DNA of 64,000 nt from Euprymna scolopes (Eukaryota). The number at the start of each line of letters is the position of its first letter. Position 1 is the stretch's first letter. Positions 26,858-39,299 of this stretch are shown one piece after another. The stretch lies in assembly GCA_053919585.1 (NCBI GenBank), contig CM132787.1; one strand, given 5' to 3'. A program made the position numbers and the translations under genes. A model generated the notes under the pieces. It had not been told where the DNA came from, did no database searches, and saw nothing but the letters and a program-made list of their open reading frames with translations.

Positions 26858-27261
26858 TTTATGTTTTGGAGATAAGAATGCTGCAAGAAAGTGTTAGGTT
26901 CGTGCAAGATGAGAATGGCTATGAAACGAGAATGCAAAAGTGGCTTCTCCTTTTGGGCATGCTTTAAATTTATTTCCTTTCAAACTGATTTGTTATGCTA
27001 AACAAAGAACAAATAAATATAAAACACAATTGGCTGTCTTCAAAATACATTTCACGTACCTTCAGGCCGATATTTAAGGCGATATCAGATCACCGTTTTA
27101 TATCGGTAAACACTTATAACCAACTAAATTAGATTTTAAGTTTGCATATTATTTTTCTTTTAATTCTTGCAATGATACATTAAAAAAACTTAATTTGGTG
27201 TCATTCAAGCATTTTGAAAACGGCCCTACTTTAAAAGGAAAACATATTTCTGTCATAATTT

Positions 27262-27415
27262 TTTATTTTATTGCGGACTATTATCCTCATGTTTCTTAGT
27301 TGTTTCACTACGTGTCGGTAAACTCTCCCACTGGTCTTCGTCAGGTGGTAACCGCGATTAAACGTCGTGGAACAACTAAGAAAAAGATGAGGATAATAGT
27401 CCGCAATAAAATAAA
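27262..27415. mobile_element. Fold-back Penelope-type pLTR relic with decayed hammerhead motif
   Basis: Arms ttattgcggactattatcctcat..ttcttagttgtttcactacg and cgtcgtggaacaactaagaa..atgaggataatagtccgcaataa. Minus strand reads CAC-CTGACGA-...-GACA-C-GTA-GTG. Confidence 0.6.
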
Positions 27416-27819
27416 TTAATAAATAGTACTCATCTCAATAATGACTTCAAATTAAATAATAGATATCTCTATTAATTTTCCCACTATGATCGTGTTCCAA
27501 ATTAAGAACGAACGCAGACGCCATTGTATGTTCTGTTTTCTTTTGTTTATTTTATTCTTTTTGTTTCTGTCTATACTAATCGTTTCTTTACGTCTCCTTT
27601 TTAATGCATTGATGCTTTTAAACCTGATATCATTTCCTTATTCTTTGCAATGTGCATTTCTTGTATTTTCCTGTTTTTTTTAATTTGATATTTCATCAAC
27701 CTTTTTTGTTACTTTCTATTATCATGCTTTAGAGTTGATTTTTTCCTATACTTATTGTAATACTTACTTTTCAAATTCGTTGGTTAATACTTCATATTGA
27801 TCTTCGATTCATCAGGGAT

Positions 27820-28750
27820 ATACCTATGTTTTAAGTGGCGTCTCTGCGTGCGTATGTCTCTGCGCCCGTTAGTTCCCACGATTGCCAGATAACCATCCAT
27901 TAGTTTTTCCTGGAATTTTGCCAAAAATCATGTTTCATATAATAGATGTGCACAGCAAACAGATTTTGGGGCGAAAATTCCCGTTGCGTTCTTCGGGGCG
28001 TAAAAGAGGTCACGAATGCCCCAAAATGGCAAAAAGTACACGTTTTACCTCATAACTTTTGATCCGTCGGTTAGATCATTCTCGAAATTGCATAAAATGT
28101 TCAACATATTGATCTCAATATGAATCCAATATGTGAGACCCTAGGCAAAATTCTAGTTAATGTTCCCGGGGAATTTATTACCCCCCCAAAAAACGCTTGT
28201 TGTTGCTCGTTTTTTAATATTTCTTAACAAAAACTTGATATGCCTGGCTATATGGTGTTATTTTGCACGGTGTTCAACACAAATAGACATATATTGAAGC
28301 CTGAAACTGCGCCATTATCTATTCAATCTGGAATTTTGCGTCGCAGGGGATCAAATTAGGTCAAAATGCTAAAGAATGGCGGAAGACCCAACTTTTTGCT
28401 ACATAGCATTTGATCCATCCATTAGATTTACCTGACAATTGGCCAAAATGTGGAGGCCATTGTTTTTAATACAAATTTAGTATGAGTAACCCTAGCAACA
28501 TTCTTTCTCGCATCCCTCTGGAACTTTTAGGACTAAAAAGACATGTTTTTTTGAATTCTATACTCATATTACTCAAGCTTTTATATGTATGTCTATATAG
28601 TGAGTTTCCATTGTGCTGAATCCAGGTATACATATCTTAAGTCGTAAAACTGCACTGTTTGTCATATTTCACTGGGAATTGGAATTTACGCATGTTAAAA
28701 GGCGTCACAAAGTCCTCAAAATTATTGTAAAACTTGGCAAATATGTGATG
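27820..28750 (+). mobile_element. Non-autonomous Helitron/DINE-like element (copy B)
   Basis: Reverse complement of 28480-28630 aligns by eye with 22250-22440 (shared acaatggaaac.cactatata.acatacatat, ccagagggatgcga, agggttac, acaatggcctc.acatttt). The 5' portion has a DINE-like gtctctgcgtgcgtatgtctctg tract. Confidence 0.55.
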
Positions 28751-30761
28751 GAAACTTTACACTTCTTAGATTCATCATTTTCTCACTATTTTTTATTAGG
28801 TTATCTGTTTTCTTCACAATATATTGTTTTCGTATTCTCTGTCTTATTCTAAATTGTTTTATCATGTATCATCGTCATACATTTTTTTTTCTTTTTCAAA
28901 TTTTTTTTCAGTTGTTTTCTCCCGTGGTACTTTCTACCATTCTTATATTTTGAATTTCTTTTCCCAGAATATATTTTAACATTCTTTTTTTTAACGTTTC
29001 CTTTCTTAGAAATTCGTTTTGCTTATTTTACTGCTTTTATTTAGCTTGTAATGTTCCCGAAACATCTTCAAAAGTGTATTCTTATTGTTCTTTATGGTAT
29101 TGTTTTTCGTCTGTTTAAGTTTATACATCCGAATTCAGACGACACGAATGAGAATAAAGCCAATATTGCTTATATTTTTCCTTAATAGATTTACTTTTCT
29201 AAATTCATTTTTAATCGATTCACTTTTTATATTCTCTCAGTTTCTTCTTCGTTGTGTTCCCTTTACATCTTTCAGGTGGATTAGTGTAATATATTTATCA
29301 TTCCTTTATTGTTCTTTCTTTCTTTTCATAAATTCTTCTTAGATTTATTAATTGAAGACCTTTTAAATAACTTGAGACGGGATGAACTTGACTTTGTATT
29401 ACAATGGTACTGTCCTGTTTATAGTGCTAATAACACTAAGAGAATAAATACCGTTAGTCTCTCTCTACTCTTTTTTCTTTCTCATGAATGCCCATCATTT
29501 TTCATTCGTGGGTTTTCCTTTCCACATGTTTTTTTATCGGTTTTCATTGTTTTGTTTTTTTATCTTACTTCAGGCAACTGTTTGTTTGTTGTTTACTCGG
29601 TCGTATAAAAAATCATAATTGCTTTCCATGAATATTGATTGCTTCCTAATGGTTGTTAATTGCTCCCAACATTCACACAGTGATCGTACACGCACCTCGT
29701 TCCCCCAACCACTCTTGTATCCGGTTTTCCCAACGCAACAAATTGCATTATGAAAAGAACTAAAATGGCGCCTGCATCGAAACAGATTCCGTAAACGTTT
29801 ACCAACCTCCCTCTCTAATATCAATCTCTTCTCGGCTTTTGTTATTTAAAAAGATTTAGTTTGGTTTAATTTGTACATTATGTTATTTTTACAGGAGAAA
29901 TTGATTGTACAGCATGAAACGGATCGATAGAATTTAGGAAGTCGGGTTAAAAAAAATAACAATCGGACATTTATTGTCATTTAATATCAATTTCCTACCG
30001 GTTGTTCGGTGAAAAAGACACTTACACTAAAATAGTAATGGATTCCGAAAACTTCCTTTTTATCAATCTCTCTATCTCTCTCTCTCCTCTCTCTGTCGCG
30101 ATATTTTTCTCTTTCCTTTTTCTGTTTAATTTCTCACATTAGTTTGCTCCCTATGTTTCTGTCTACATATTTTTAATATCTAAAATGTATTCCAATATCA
30201 GGGGAGTATGACTTACCCAATTAGGTTAACCTGCCTAGCCGGTTTATTGGAATGCAAGGGCAGCAAAATAAAAAAATCGCCATCTCAAGTCATGGGACAA
30301 AAGTATAGAATAGAGGTAATTTGTCAAAGCGGTACATTTCGTAAAGTAATAGTGTGAGCAATTGGAAAAAAATCTTACATTTCAAGTTGCGGTTGTTATT
30401 ATGATTTATACCTTTGCTTGTTTTCAAACGATCATAAGTTAAAGTCATCCGAGAAAATAGACAGGTTTGACTGCTGCAGCTATCCCTTACAGAATATAAA
30501 AAGTGTAAACGGAAGCAATAAAATATATTCATCTTAAGCTTCGGCAAAGTGTCATAATATTAACAAAGTTTTACGGAAATAAAATATGTGGGTTATTCTG
30601 TAGCTTACCGATGAAACATATATACTGATATCGTGTCATTTCTACACGCAAATAAAACATTGCTGTAATACTAGAAATACATACATACATACATACACAC
30701 ACACACAACACACACACACACACACACATATATTATATATATGTGTGTGTGTGTGTGTGTG

Positions 30762-31260
30762 TTATTAAATTTTCAGCCCAAACAAGGCACAGTGCCACTT
30801 TGAAGCAGGCGGTTACTATCAGCGACTTAATTGGCAAGGGAGATGCGTAGAAAGATGTTTGTTCACATTACACTTGAAATTCTGCATATCAGTACAGTTG
30901 GAAAAGCAGAATCCCGGAAAGGAGTTCCAAAGATCTGTAGTTCTGAGGAAGAATCTATTGGAGTAAAAGGCTTTCTTGCACTTAGGGATCTCTACTGTAA
31001 AGGGATGAGACGTACTAGCTTGTCAGGTTTGTTCGGGGGTAATTACGTCAAGGAGGTACAAGTGTGTGCAGTTCGTCAGAGCATTCACCCTTAAATTATT
31101 TGTAGAACAGGCAGAGGGATGCAATATACCGTTGATGGGACAGAGGCTGAAGCCTAGATGACAGTTAAAGACCTATCAGGTTGGCGACTCTCTTTTGAAC
31201 CCTGTCCAGGTCTATATCTGGAAGCTTAATGGACTGGGAGAGATGCACCTCAGTCTTCTT
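30762..31260 (-). mobile_element. CR1/Zenon-like LINE 3' fragment, same family as 56051-58556
   Basis: Reverse complement matches ~58070-58520 (gtagagatcccta..tg.aa.aa, ccaactgtactga.at.ca.aa.ttcaagtg.aatgtgaac, 3' UTR caaagtggca.tgtg...tgtttgg..tgaaaat.taataa). Confidence 0.85.
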
Positions 31261-31491
31261 TAATACATGTATCGAGGAGAAGGAAGTTCTGAAGTAAAAA
31301 CCTTCGATTTATTGTGTATTTCCTCCCGTCGAAGTCGTTTTGCACCGACAAATGTTAACAGTAAAACACAAAAGTTTGGATGGTTTCCACACAATGCCTT
31401 CACCACTATAAACAAATCTTATGTGTGAATTTCCGAGCAACTTCATTGTTGTGGCGGAAGCTCATACGTCGAAATCGATCGAAGGGAGAGT

Positions 31492-31553
<62 letters not shown>

Positions 31554-31600
31554 AATACAATAAATCTACTTGTGTGCAGATCTAGTGATTATCGTCCTTA

Positions 31601-34600
31601 CAATCAGGTTCCTAATGTAATTTTGTGGGAACTTTATGGAGATTTGAAAACCCATACATTTTTGGAAAGAGTGTTGTCTCAGCAATCAGAAAATCAATGT
31701 TTGCATTTGCCCAGATGTGTATATGGGGGCCATATTGGATTTACAAAATGGGCGCCGTAAGATGTAAGTTTTGTAATTCTCGGCTTCTAAATGAGCTTGA
31801 AGACAGATTATTACTGCTAAACCTACATTTTAGGGCCAAGGAAACCAATGGTGGTAATTAGGAAATGTTTCCAGATGTGTATATGGAGGCCATATTAGAA
31901 TTTACAAAATGGCCGCTGTAAAATATACGTTTTGTAATATCTTGACCTTTAAATAAACTGGAACACTGATTTTAACTGCTAAATCTACATTTTCAGGGTC
32001 ATATAAGCCAACGGTGGTAGTTATAAAGCAACAACATTTTTAAAATTAACCTTTATGTGCATAACTGGGTTCAAACTGATGCGGTGTTGTTTTATTGCAA
32101 TATGTTTGTTATAAAAATATGTATCAGTTATAAATTCATACTGCAGCTGTTCCTAAAAAATATTGCTTTTATATCACTAATTCAAGTTGTTAATTTACCT
32201 CTGATATTTTGCGAACTTGGATTTTTTGTTTTGCTATTCTAACATTACTGTAATTCTCTCTGTGTTTGTAGCATGAGTGAGGTGTTGCAAAGTAGATAGG
32301 AGTCATGTCAAACCAAGGACTCCATTAACTGGAATCAGTGCATTTTCTGGCACTCTGATGAAAAAAAGAAAGGAGTCTTGGTGCAACATCCTCAATTAGA
32401 ACCCTCTGCGCTCATACTGCAAGTAATTCTAGAGAGGGCTATTTTGAATTAAAGAGACTATGTCCAAGTCCAAAGGCGACATCAGAACTGCATACCAGCA
32501 ACACTGTGTGAAGAGATGGCGGTCTGGCATCGCTCATGTCATTCGAGTGCATTTTACAAAATTGAAATACAACGTGCAAGAGATCGCAATGCACACGCTT
32601 TATCTACAGAACACTACACTGCAAAAAGCCTGGCCAGAAAAGAGGAAGCACAGAAGGTGCTCTTCCAGGCTCCTCTACATCTGGTTCTGCATATTGCCAT
32701 TCACACGATTACAGACATGTCCACTGTCTAAGAAAGAGCGCTTGTTCTGCCATCAGGACAATGACCAACAACTGTACCGGATCAGGACTGCGAATGCGGG
32801 TGAAAATCTCAAAGATGCTGTTGAAATGCCCTATAATCCTGCACTGAAGACGAGGCTGAACATCTGCATATCACCAGGTCATTCACATGCAATTGATGCC
32901 CTATATAACAAAGCTTGCTGGACCAAAAATGTGTTCCATGCTCTTCGAGATACAAACACTAGCAACACTGTTGAAGGGCCCTTTCTACAAAAGGCGAGTA
33001 TGCTTTGGCTGACAAATCTTAGTGATGTAGAAATAAAAAAAACAAAACATACGTTGGGATGGATGATATTGAAACAACTTATGTTAATATGCTTGGTTTT
33101 GAAGTTTTGAAAGTCATGTACCTGTATTTAGTAGAAAATGGCTGAAAGAAAGGGGCATTACTTATTTGCGAACTCTGTTCGATAAAATATAAGGAATACA
33201 ACTGTTCTCTACTCCCTAGATGCATGTGAAATGACCACTGGTAAGGAGGAGGAGAACAGCATGAAGACAATCTACACAGCAGCACAGGTGATAAGCATTG
33301 CACCCTTCACAGAGCCATAGAAAAGAAATGTCATGTAGGTATCTAGTGACAACGGCGATGTTCCAGCTTAATTATACACCTTAATCCATTGGATAATGGT
33401 TGTGCCTGCTTAAAAGCTGGAAAGTGTAAAGAGAACCCAATATGTTGACCTAGCAACATTGACGGTGAGCCAGAATATCATGTATGGGTTGCAATTCAGT
33501 AAACAGGTAAGGTTCAGGCCAAACAACGAATCAGTAATCAAGTACCCTCGTGCACGAGGGAACCCTCAGGTTCTGGGATTGGCACTGATTGTCCACCATG
33601 ACACATTAAACAAAAAGATGTTGAATTTTCTCAATGCGCATGGCTAGGCTATTTAACATCGCCATGTCTTTCTCATGGAAACTGCTGTGGCAAATGCTGG
33701 TGTAGAAAACACCAGAACATACCAAGGCCTTTATGTACCACCATTCATGAAAAAGCTGATGAGAGAAGACATGCCTCATGAAGACAAGTCACCTGAAGCT
33801 GGAAGTTCTACCCACCAAGATTCAACGGATGCAGAATTTAGAAAGCCCACATCTGCTGATCAGCCAAGTCGGAAAATAGCACTGGTGGATGGCATGGTGC
33901 TTATGCAGAAGCTGAGCAAGAAACCAGTGACTCTAGTGACAGTCAAAGATATGAGTGGCTGCTTCAATTACAGACTGATGCAACTAACATGAGATTATGA
34001 TGAAATCATCCTCGGTTTGGACACATGCTGAGCGGATTCTCTGAAGAGTGCAACCAGAGATAAACGAAGACAAGGAAAAGTCTCTGATACGCATCAAGTC
34101 AGTGATGACACTAACATGAAACACATCCCAATGGAGAGGTTCCTCTCCCATGACAAGACGAAGCTGATCTGACTATCTCGCTCGCTAAACTCTAGGGTAC
34201 AACAGGGGGTCATCCCAGCTGATAATCACATCTGCTTTTGGATACACTAATAGCAACAAAGACCTGGAAGTAAATAACCATTAGGAAGCGGACATGCTGC
34301 TGATCCACCAGGATGTGCTGGCTTCACAGCGAACCCCACTTGATGCACAGTTAGTATTTTTCTCCTCAGATACATACGTTTTAGTGCTAGTCACACAAAA
34401 TATGACCTATTGCTGAAAAACATGCCCATTTTTACGACCTCTGGTGTTATACAAATTGAACTATTTTGGCGAGTTCTATGTAAACAAAGAACAAAGGGGT
34501 TGCAAGCCTTTCATGCGTTCACTGGGATCGACAACACATGAAGCTTCTCCCGTATAGGCAAGACAACCTGGTTGAACATCAACGTCAAAGCAGCTGCAGA

Positions 34601-35730
34601 TGTTGTCAATGCTCTGCAAATACTTATGGATTAAGCAGAAGTGTCAGAGGGAATGCTCTCAACACTGGAGTCCTTTGAATGTGCAATTTACTTGCTAAAA
34701 AGGATCAACATAAAAACAATCCCTGAACTGCCATGGCATCTGTTCTGTAAACATAGGTCAGAAAGTGAGAGGTTCCCTCCAACATCTGGAGCTCTAAAGC
34801 AGCATTTTTAAGAACCCATGTCAAAGCAATGGTATGGGAACAAGAAGACATTGCTCTTCTGATTTCACAACTGGGTCCCCTGGAAAATGGATACTTCAAA
34901 CTATTGGATGGCACCCTGAAACCAATGACCACAGAGGTCCTCCCAGCCCTTAAGGCCATCCTTGAGATGGTCACATGCAAATGTATACTGTACTATTCAT
35001 CTGGCAGATGTTCCTGCAGGTCTAAAGACTTAGCCTGTACTGACATGTGTCAGGGCAGCAGCCAGTGCGAAAACGATGAAGATTCCCAATCTGTGATGTA
35101 TGAAAGTGATGTTGATAATGATGTTGATAATGACGATTATGCATATACTATGATCAAACATCTCATTATGTTTAAGATGCTTGCACAAATATTCAAAGTT
35201 TACAGTTAAAAGACATTTCAATAAAAAATAACTCTGATTTTACCCACACGGTTGATTATGTATTTCAATGGGGGGGGGGTAAAAATATGAAATGATAACT
35301 TAGACCATTGACTTCCTTGACACTGAAAATGTAGGTTTAGCAGTTAAAATCAGTATTCCAACTTATTTAGAGGCTGAGATATTAAAAACATACATCTTAT
35401 GGCAGCCATTTTGTAAATTCCAATATGGCTGCAAAATACACATCTGGGAAAATGTTATAACTACTACAATTGGCTTCCTGTGCTCTGAAAATGTAGGTTT
35501 AGCAGTTAAAATCAGTGGTCCAGCTCATTTAGAGGCCGAGATATTACAAAACTTACATCTTACGGCGGCCATTTTTTAAAACCAATATGGCCGCCATATA
35601 CGGATCTGAGCAAATGCAAACATTGATGTTCTGATTCCTGAGACAAAAACCTTTCCAAAAATATATAGGTTTGCAAATCTTTAAAAAGTTCCCACAAAAA
35701 GTGAAAATTGTGCCATTAGGAACCTGACTA
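31601..35730 (+). mobile_element. Academ-type (AcademX-like) DNA transposon, internally deleted and pseudogenised
   Basis: ~430-bp TIRs (tcaggttcctaatg...gtgggaacttt / aaagttcccac...cattaggaacctgacta), each with two ~160-bp subrepeats; the right end terminates in CTA. Coding relics: LGLALIVHHDT..KKMLNFLNAHG..METAVANA; XPG/PIN-like ALVDGMVLMQ, NH*EADMLLIH, SDTYVLVL and FHAFTGIDNT*SFSRIGKTTW; FPPTSGALKQH; C-terminal CKC..SSGRCSCRSKDLACTDMCQGSSQCEN Cys-rich finger. Confidence 0.85.
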
Positions 35731-35806
35731 ATTATTGGATGTAATATTTTATATAAGGCAATTCCAGCTAAATAACATTGCTTAATATACTAGATAGAGA
35801 AAATAA

Positions 35807-36049
35807 ATCATAATTTAGGAAGTAAAAATTTGTGATTTGAAAATATTAAATTTCAAATATGGAAATTTGTTTGTATGCAAGACAAAGAATACAGTATAGT
35901 AAAATATAATATACTATTTATTTTAATATATTTTACTATATTGTATTTTACTATATTTCAATATAAGATATTATTTGTCTTGCATAAAATAACATTTCTA
36001 TATTTGAAATTTAACCTTTTCAAATCGCATATTTTAAATTCCTAAATTA

Positions 36050-36053
<4 letters not shown>
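35807..36053. repeat. AT-rich fold-back (inverted repeat, ~85-bp arms)
   Basis: atcataatttaggaa...tatgcaagacaaagaata versus tattatttgtcttgcata...ttcctaaattatgat. Confidence 0.8.
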
Positions 36054-36128
<75 letters not shown>

Positions 36129-38132
36129 AGAGTACCCATCTAAATGTTTCCATATGAAACTCATTCACCACAGCAATTTGCCGACAATCAAATTATACTT
36201 TTCTGAAAATAATTTAAAGTAGTACCTTCTATAAATTAAACGCCATAATATGTACATATGTTGTTATGAACGTCACCGTACGATTTTAGATTGAAAGAAA
36301 ATATTATCGAAGAGTTCTGACTTTAGGTGACTCGCATGTATATATATAATTATTGAATGTTCAAGAGGACATCGACACTGCCTTTCTAGAATGACTATCC
36401 TTGACATTTATCATGCTCTTATAATGTTGTATTTAGCAAGGTGTCAAATACAATATTAAAATTTTGGTATGTGACAATTGATAATTGAACTGCGCCTTCC
36501 AGATCATCATCGAAAAATGTAAAAATTATAGTAAATTAACTGAAAACTGCACTTTACTAAATAATAGTTTTGGCAATACTGGAAATAATATATCATTCCA
36601 AATATAGCAAGAAATATAGGCTGGTTATTAAATATATTTTAGACTTCATTATCTAAAGACGCTTTCAAAAGAACCATCGTTTATTAACTGTAGATAAAGG
36701 GGGTGTATATATGAGTAAAGGGGTAAACCACTGCAATAGAATAATGAATCAGATCGTGTAAAACAAGGATATTATAACGTAAAAAGAATTGCTTTAAATG
36801 ATTGGCCGTTAAGATAATAATTATAATATGGCTTGAGGAGAGTAAATTTAAAAATTATATGTACAATCATATAATCATCCGGGAAACTAAATATTTATGT
36901 ATTAATCAACATCTTCTTTAGAAGATTCATGTATTTTAGTCATATGTTCAGTCCCAGCAAAGAGTATCTCTTGCATTTACAGAAATATCGCATGTGACCT
37001 TCAGCTTTGATGTGCCAGAGAGATGTTTATATCAGAGGAAAATGAAACCTCTTAAAAGACTCTGATATAACGCATTTCATAATAAGATGAACGTTTTTAT
37101 GTTTTCTTTTTCTCCACACACACATGACTCTGATAAAATATCTGAACTCACCCGTATTTGATTTAAGTTCCTATTTCCTCAATTGATAGTAAATACATCA
37201 AAGGCTGGAGAGAAATGGCCGTAAGGATGTTTTCCTTATTTCACGATTGACACTCTGCAATGTTTGGAACGAATCAGTCTTTGAAGTCGATTCAAAAGAG
37301 TGTTTACAGAGCGTGGCTTTTTTTCTATAATGTTAATCATTTATTTGCAAATTAGACCTATAGGCCTGTAGATGTGTCTGAAATGACTTTTATAAATATT
37401 AAACTTTGAATATAAATATGTTAGTGTTTTCAATAATAATTATTGATCTGTTTTGAGACTGGTAAGAGACGTATGCTTTAGATATATAGTACGTGCCTGC
37501 GTGTATGCATATTGCTATAGACGTATGTGCGTATATTTATGCTTTACACACACACTATAGTGTATAAAATATATTTTAAATATATTAATGAATACGTATA
37601 CAATTGATAGATTTCTACTGCCGACATATGTAGATATCGAACTGTATAAAGTTATCTATTTACAGATGTATGTAATAAGAAATATGTTTGTATATACATA
37701 TAGATTAGCATATGAATGATTTACACACATACACACACAAACACACACATATATATGTGCATATACTTGTGTGTATACAGTTTACAAAGTAAAATATGTT
37801 TAAGCTAAAAATCAATATAAATATTACTATTAAAGTTAATATTTATAAGATAATACCAACCTAAATAAAAATGTTGAATATGCCAAATAAAGCATCAGTA
37901 TAAACTAGAAAATTTAATCTGTCGTTTAATCAATGCAAAATAGAATTAAACTCATAACATCTATTTCCCGATAGCAGGTATACAAGTAGTAATAATATTA
38001 TTCAATAGAGTTTCAAAGAATTAATCCACTCCTAGAAATAAAGGTTGTAACTTGAACAAAAATAGCCTTGCTATTATCTTGCTAGATATGACATGAATTG
38101 AAAACTTCAAAATGATGGGAGATAATTTTTTT

Positions 38133-38183
<51 letters not shown>

Positions 38184-38208
38184 TTTTTTTTACTATAATA
38201 ATTAAATA

Positions 38209-38254
38209 CCTACAGACACTAGTGGTTTATCCTTTCAGGATTCTTCAGTGCAGG
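38209..38254 (-). ncRNA. Minimal type-I hammerhead-ribozyme-like motif (core mutated)
   Basis: Minus strand: CCTGCA-CTGAAGA-ATCCT GAA AGGAT-AAAC-CACTAGTG-TC-TGTAGG. Stem I CCTGCA/TGTAGG, stem II ATCCT/AGGAT, palindromic stem III CACTAGTG, GUC triplet. GAAA reads AAAC. Confidence 0.6.
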
Positions 38255-38264
38255 CTGTCGCGAT

Positions 38265-38350
38265 TAAGACCAGTCGCAGGATTCGAACCCCGCAACACGA
38301 GACATCTCTGGCTCGATTAGCGGCGACCGTATCCATTCAGCAACCATTAA
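38265..38350 (-). mobile_element. tRNA-derived SINE-type head (Pol III A and B boxes)
   Basis: Minus strand TGGTTGCTGAATGG (A-box-like, 38333-38346) and GGTTCGAATCC (B box, 38279-38289). No clean cloverleaf. Confidence 0.7.
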
Positions 38351-38519
38351 CCGCGTGAACTAGCGTTGTATTTTAAACATTTTAATTTTAAATGTTCATT
38401 ACGTCAGTCAGCGAGTGATCTAATCGTTATACGATGATCTATGCATAAGAGCTAAATTGACCGACTTTTATTCAACTAAAAGTGCTCAACGATAAGAAAT
38501 GAATTTCTTAAAGGGGCTG

Positions 38520-38579
<60 letters not shown>

Positions 38580-38965
38580 GAGAGGGAGGGAGAGAGAGAG
38601 TTTAAATAGTAAACTATGTAGAAAACACGTACAATCATATATGTAGCAGCATCGAACATAACAATTAGATGGATCGAAATTCAGATTGAATGGCAATCAA
38701 ACATCCATGTTGTATAAACTGGAGTCCAAATTGGAAAGTCTGTCTGCAAGTGTGGGAAATACCAGTTCATATAGAGCATAAATGATAGAAGAAGCAGCTA
38801 TGTTTATATACCATGACATGGAGAGCTACAAGATATTAAAGGTAATAGTGAGAAAAGGTTTGGCAACGTGTCACACACGAGAGAATAATTATTCCATGGC
38901 TGCTTTATGCCAAGCGAAAAAAATCAGATTCCGCTTAATTATTTAATGAAACACACAGATAAACG

Positions 38966-38968
<3 letters not shown>

Positions 38969-39020
<52 letters not shown>
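38969..39020. repeat. (CA)n microsatellite
   Basis: Pure CA run. Confidence 0.95.
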
Positions 39021-39028
<8 letters not shown>

Positions 39029-39241
39029 GTGTGTGTGGGTGTGTGTTATTTGTTTTTGTTTTTGTGTTACGTTTTGAATGAATTCAATTATTTACGAAAG
39101 TGCATTTTTACCTAAATGCGAGTTGGGAATAATTTTCCCTTAAACCAACTTGGTACCCCCACATCGGGAGCGGCACACATATTTTTAAACTATGATATAA
39201 TAGTATTGGACACTTTCTCCGGGTGTTTATTTACTATTACC

Positions 39242-39299
<58 letters not shown>

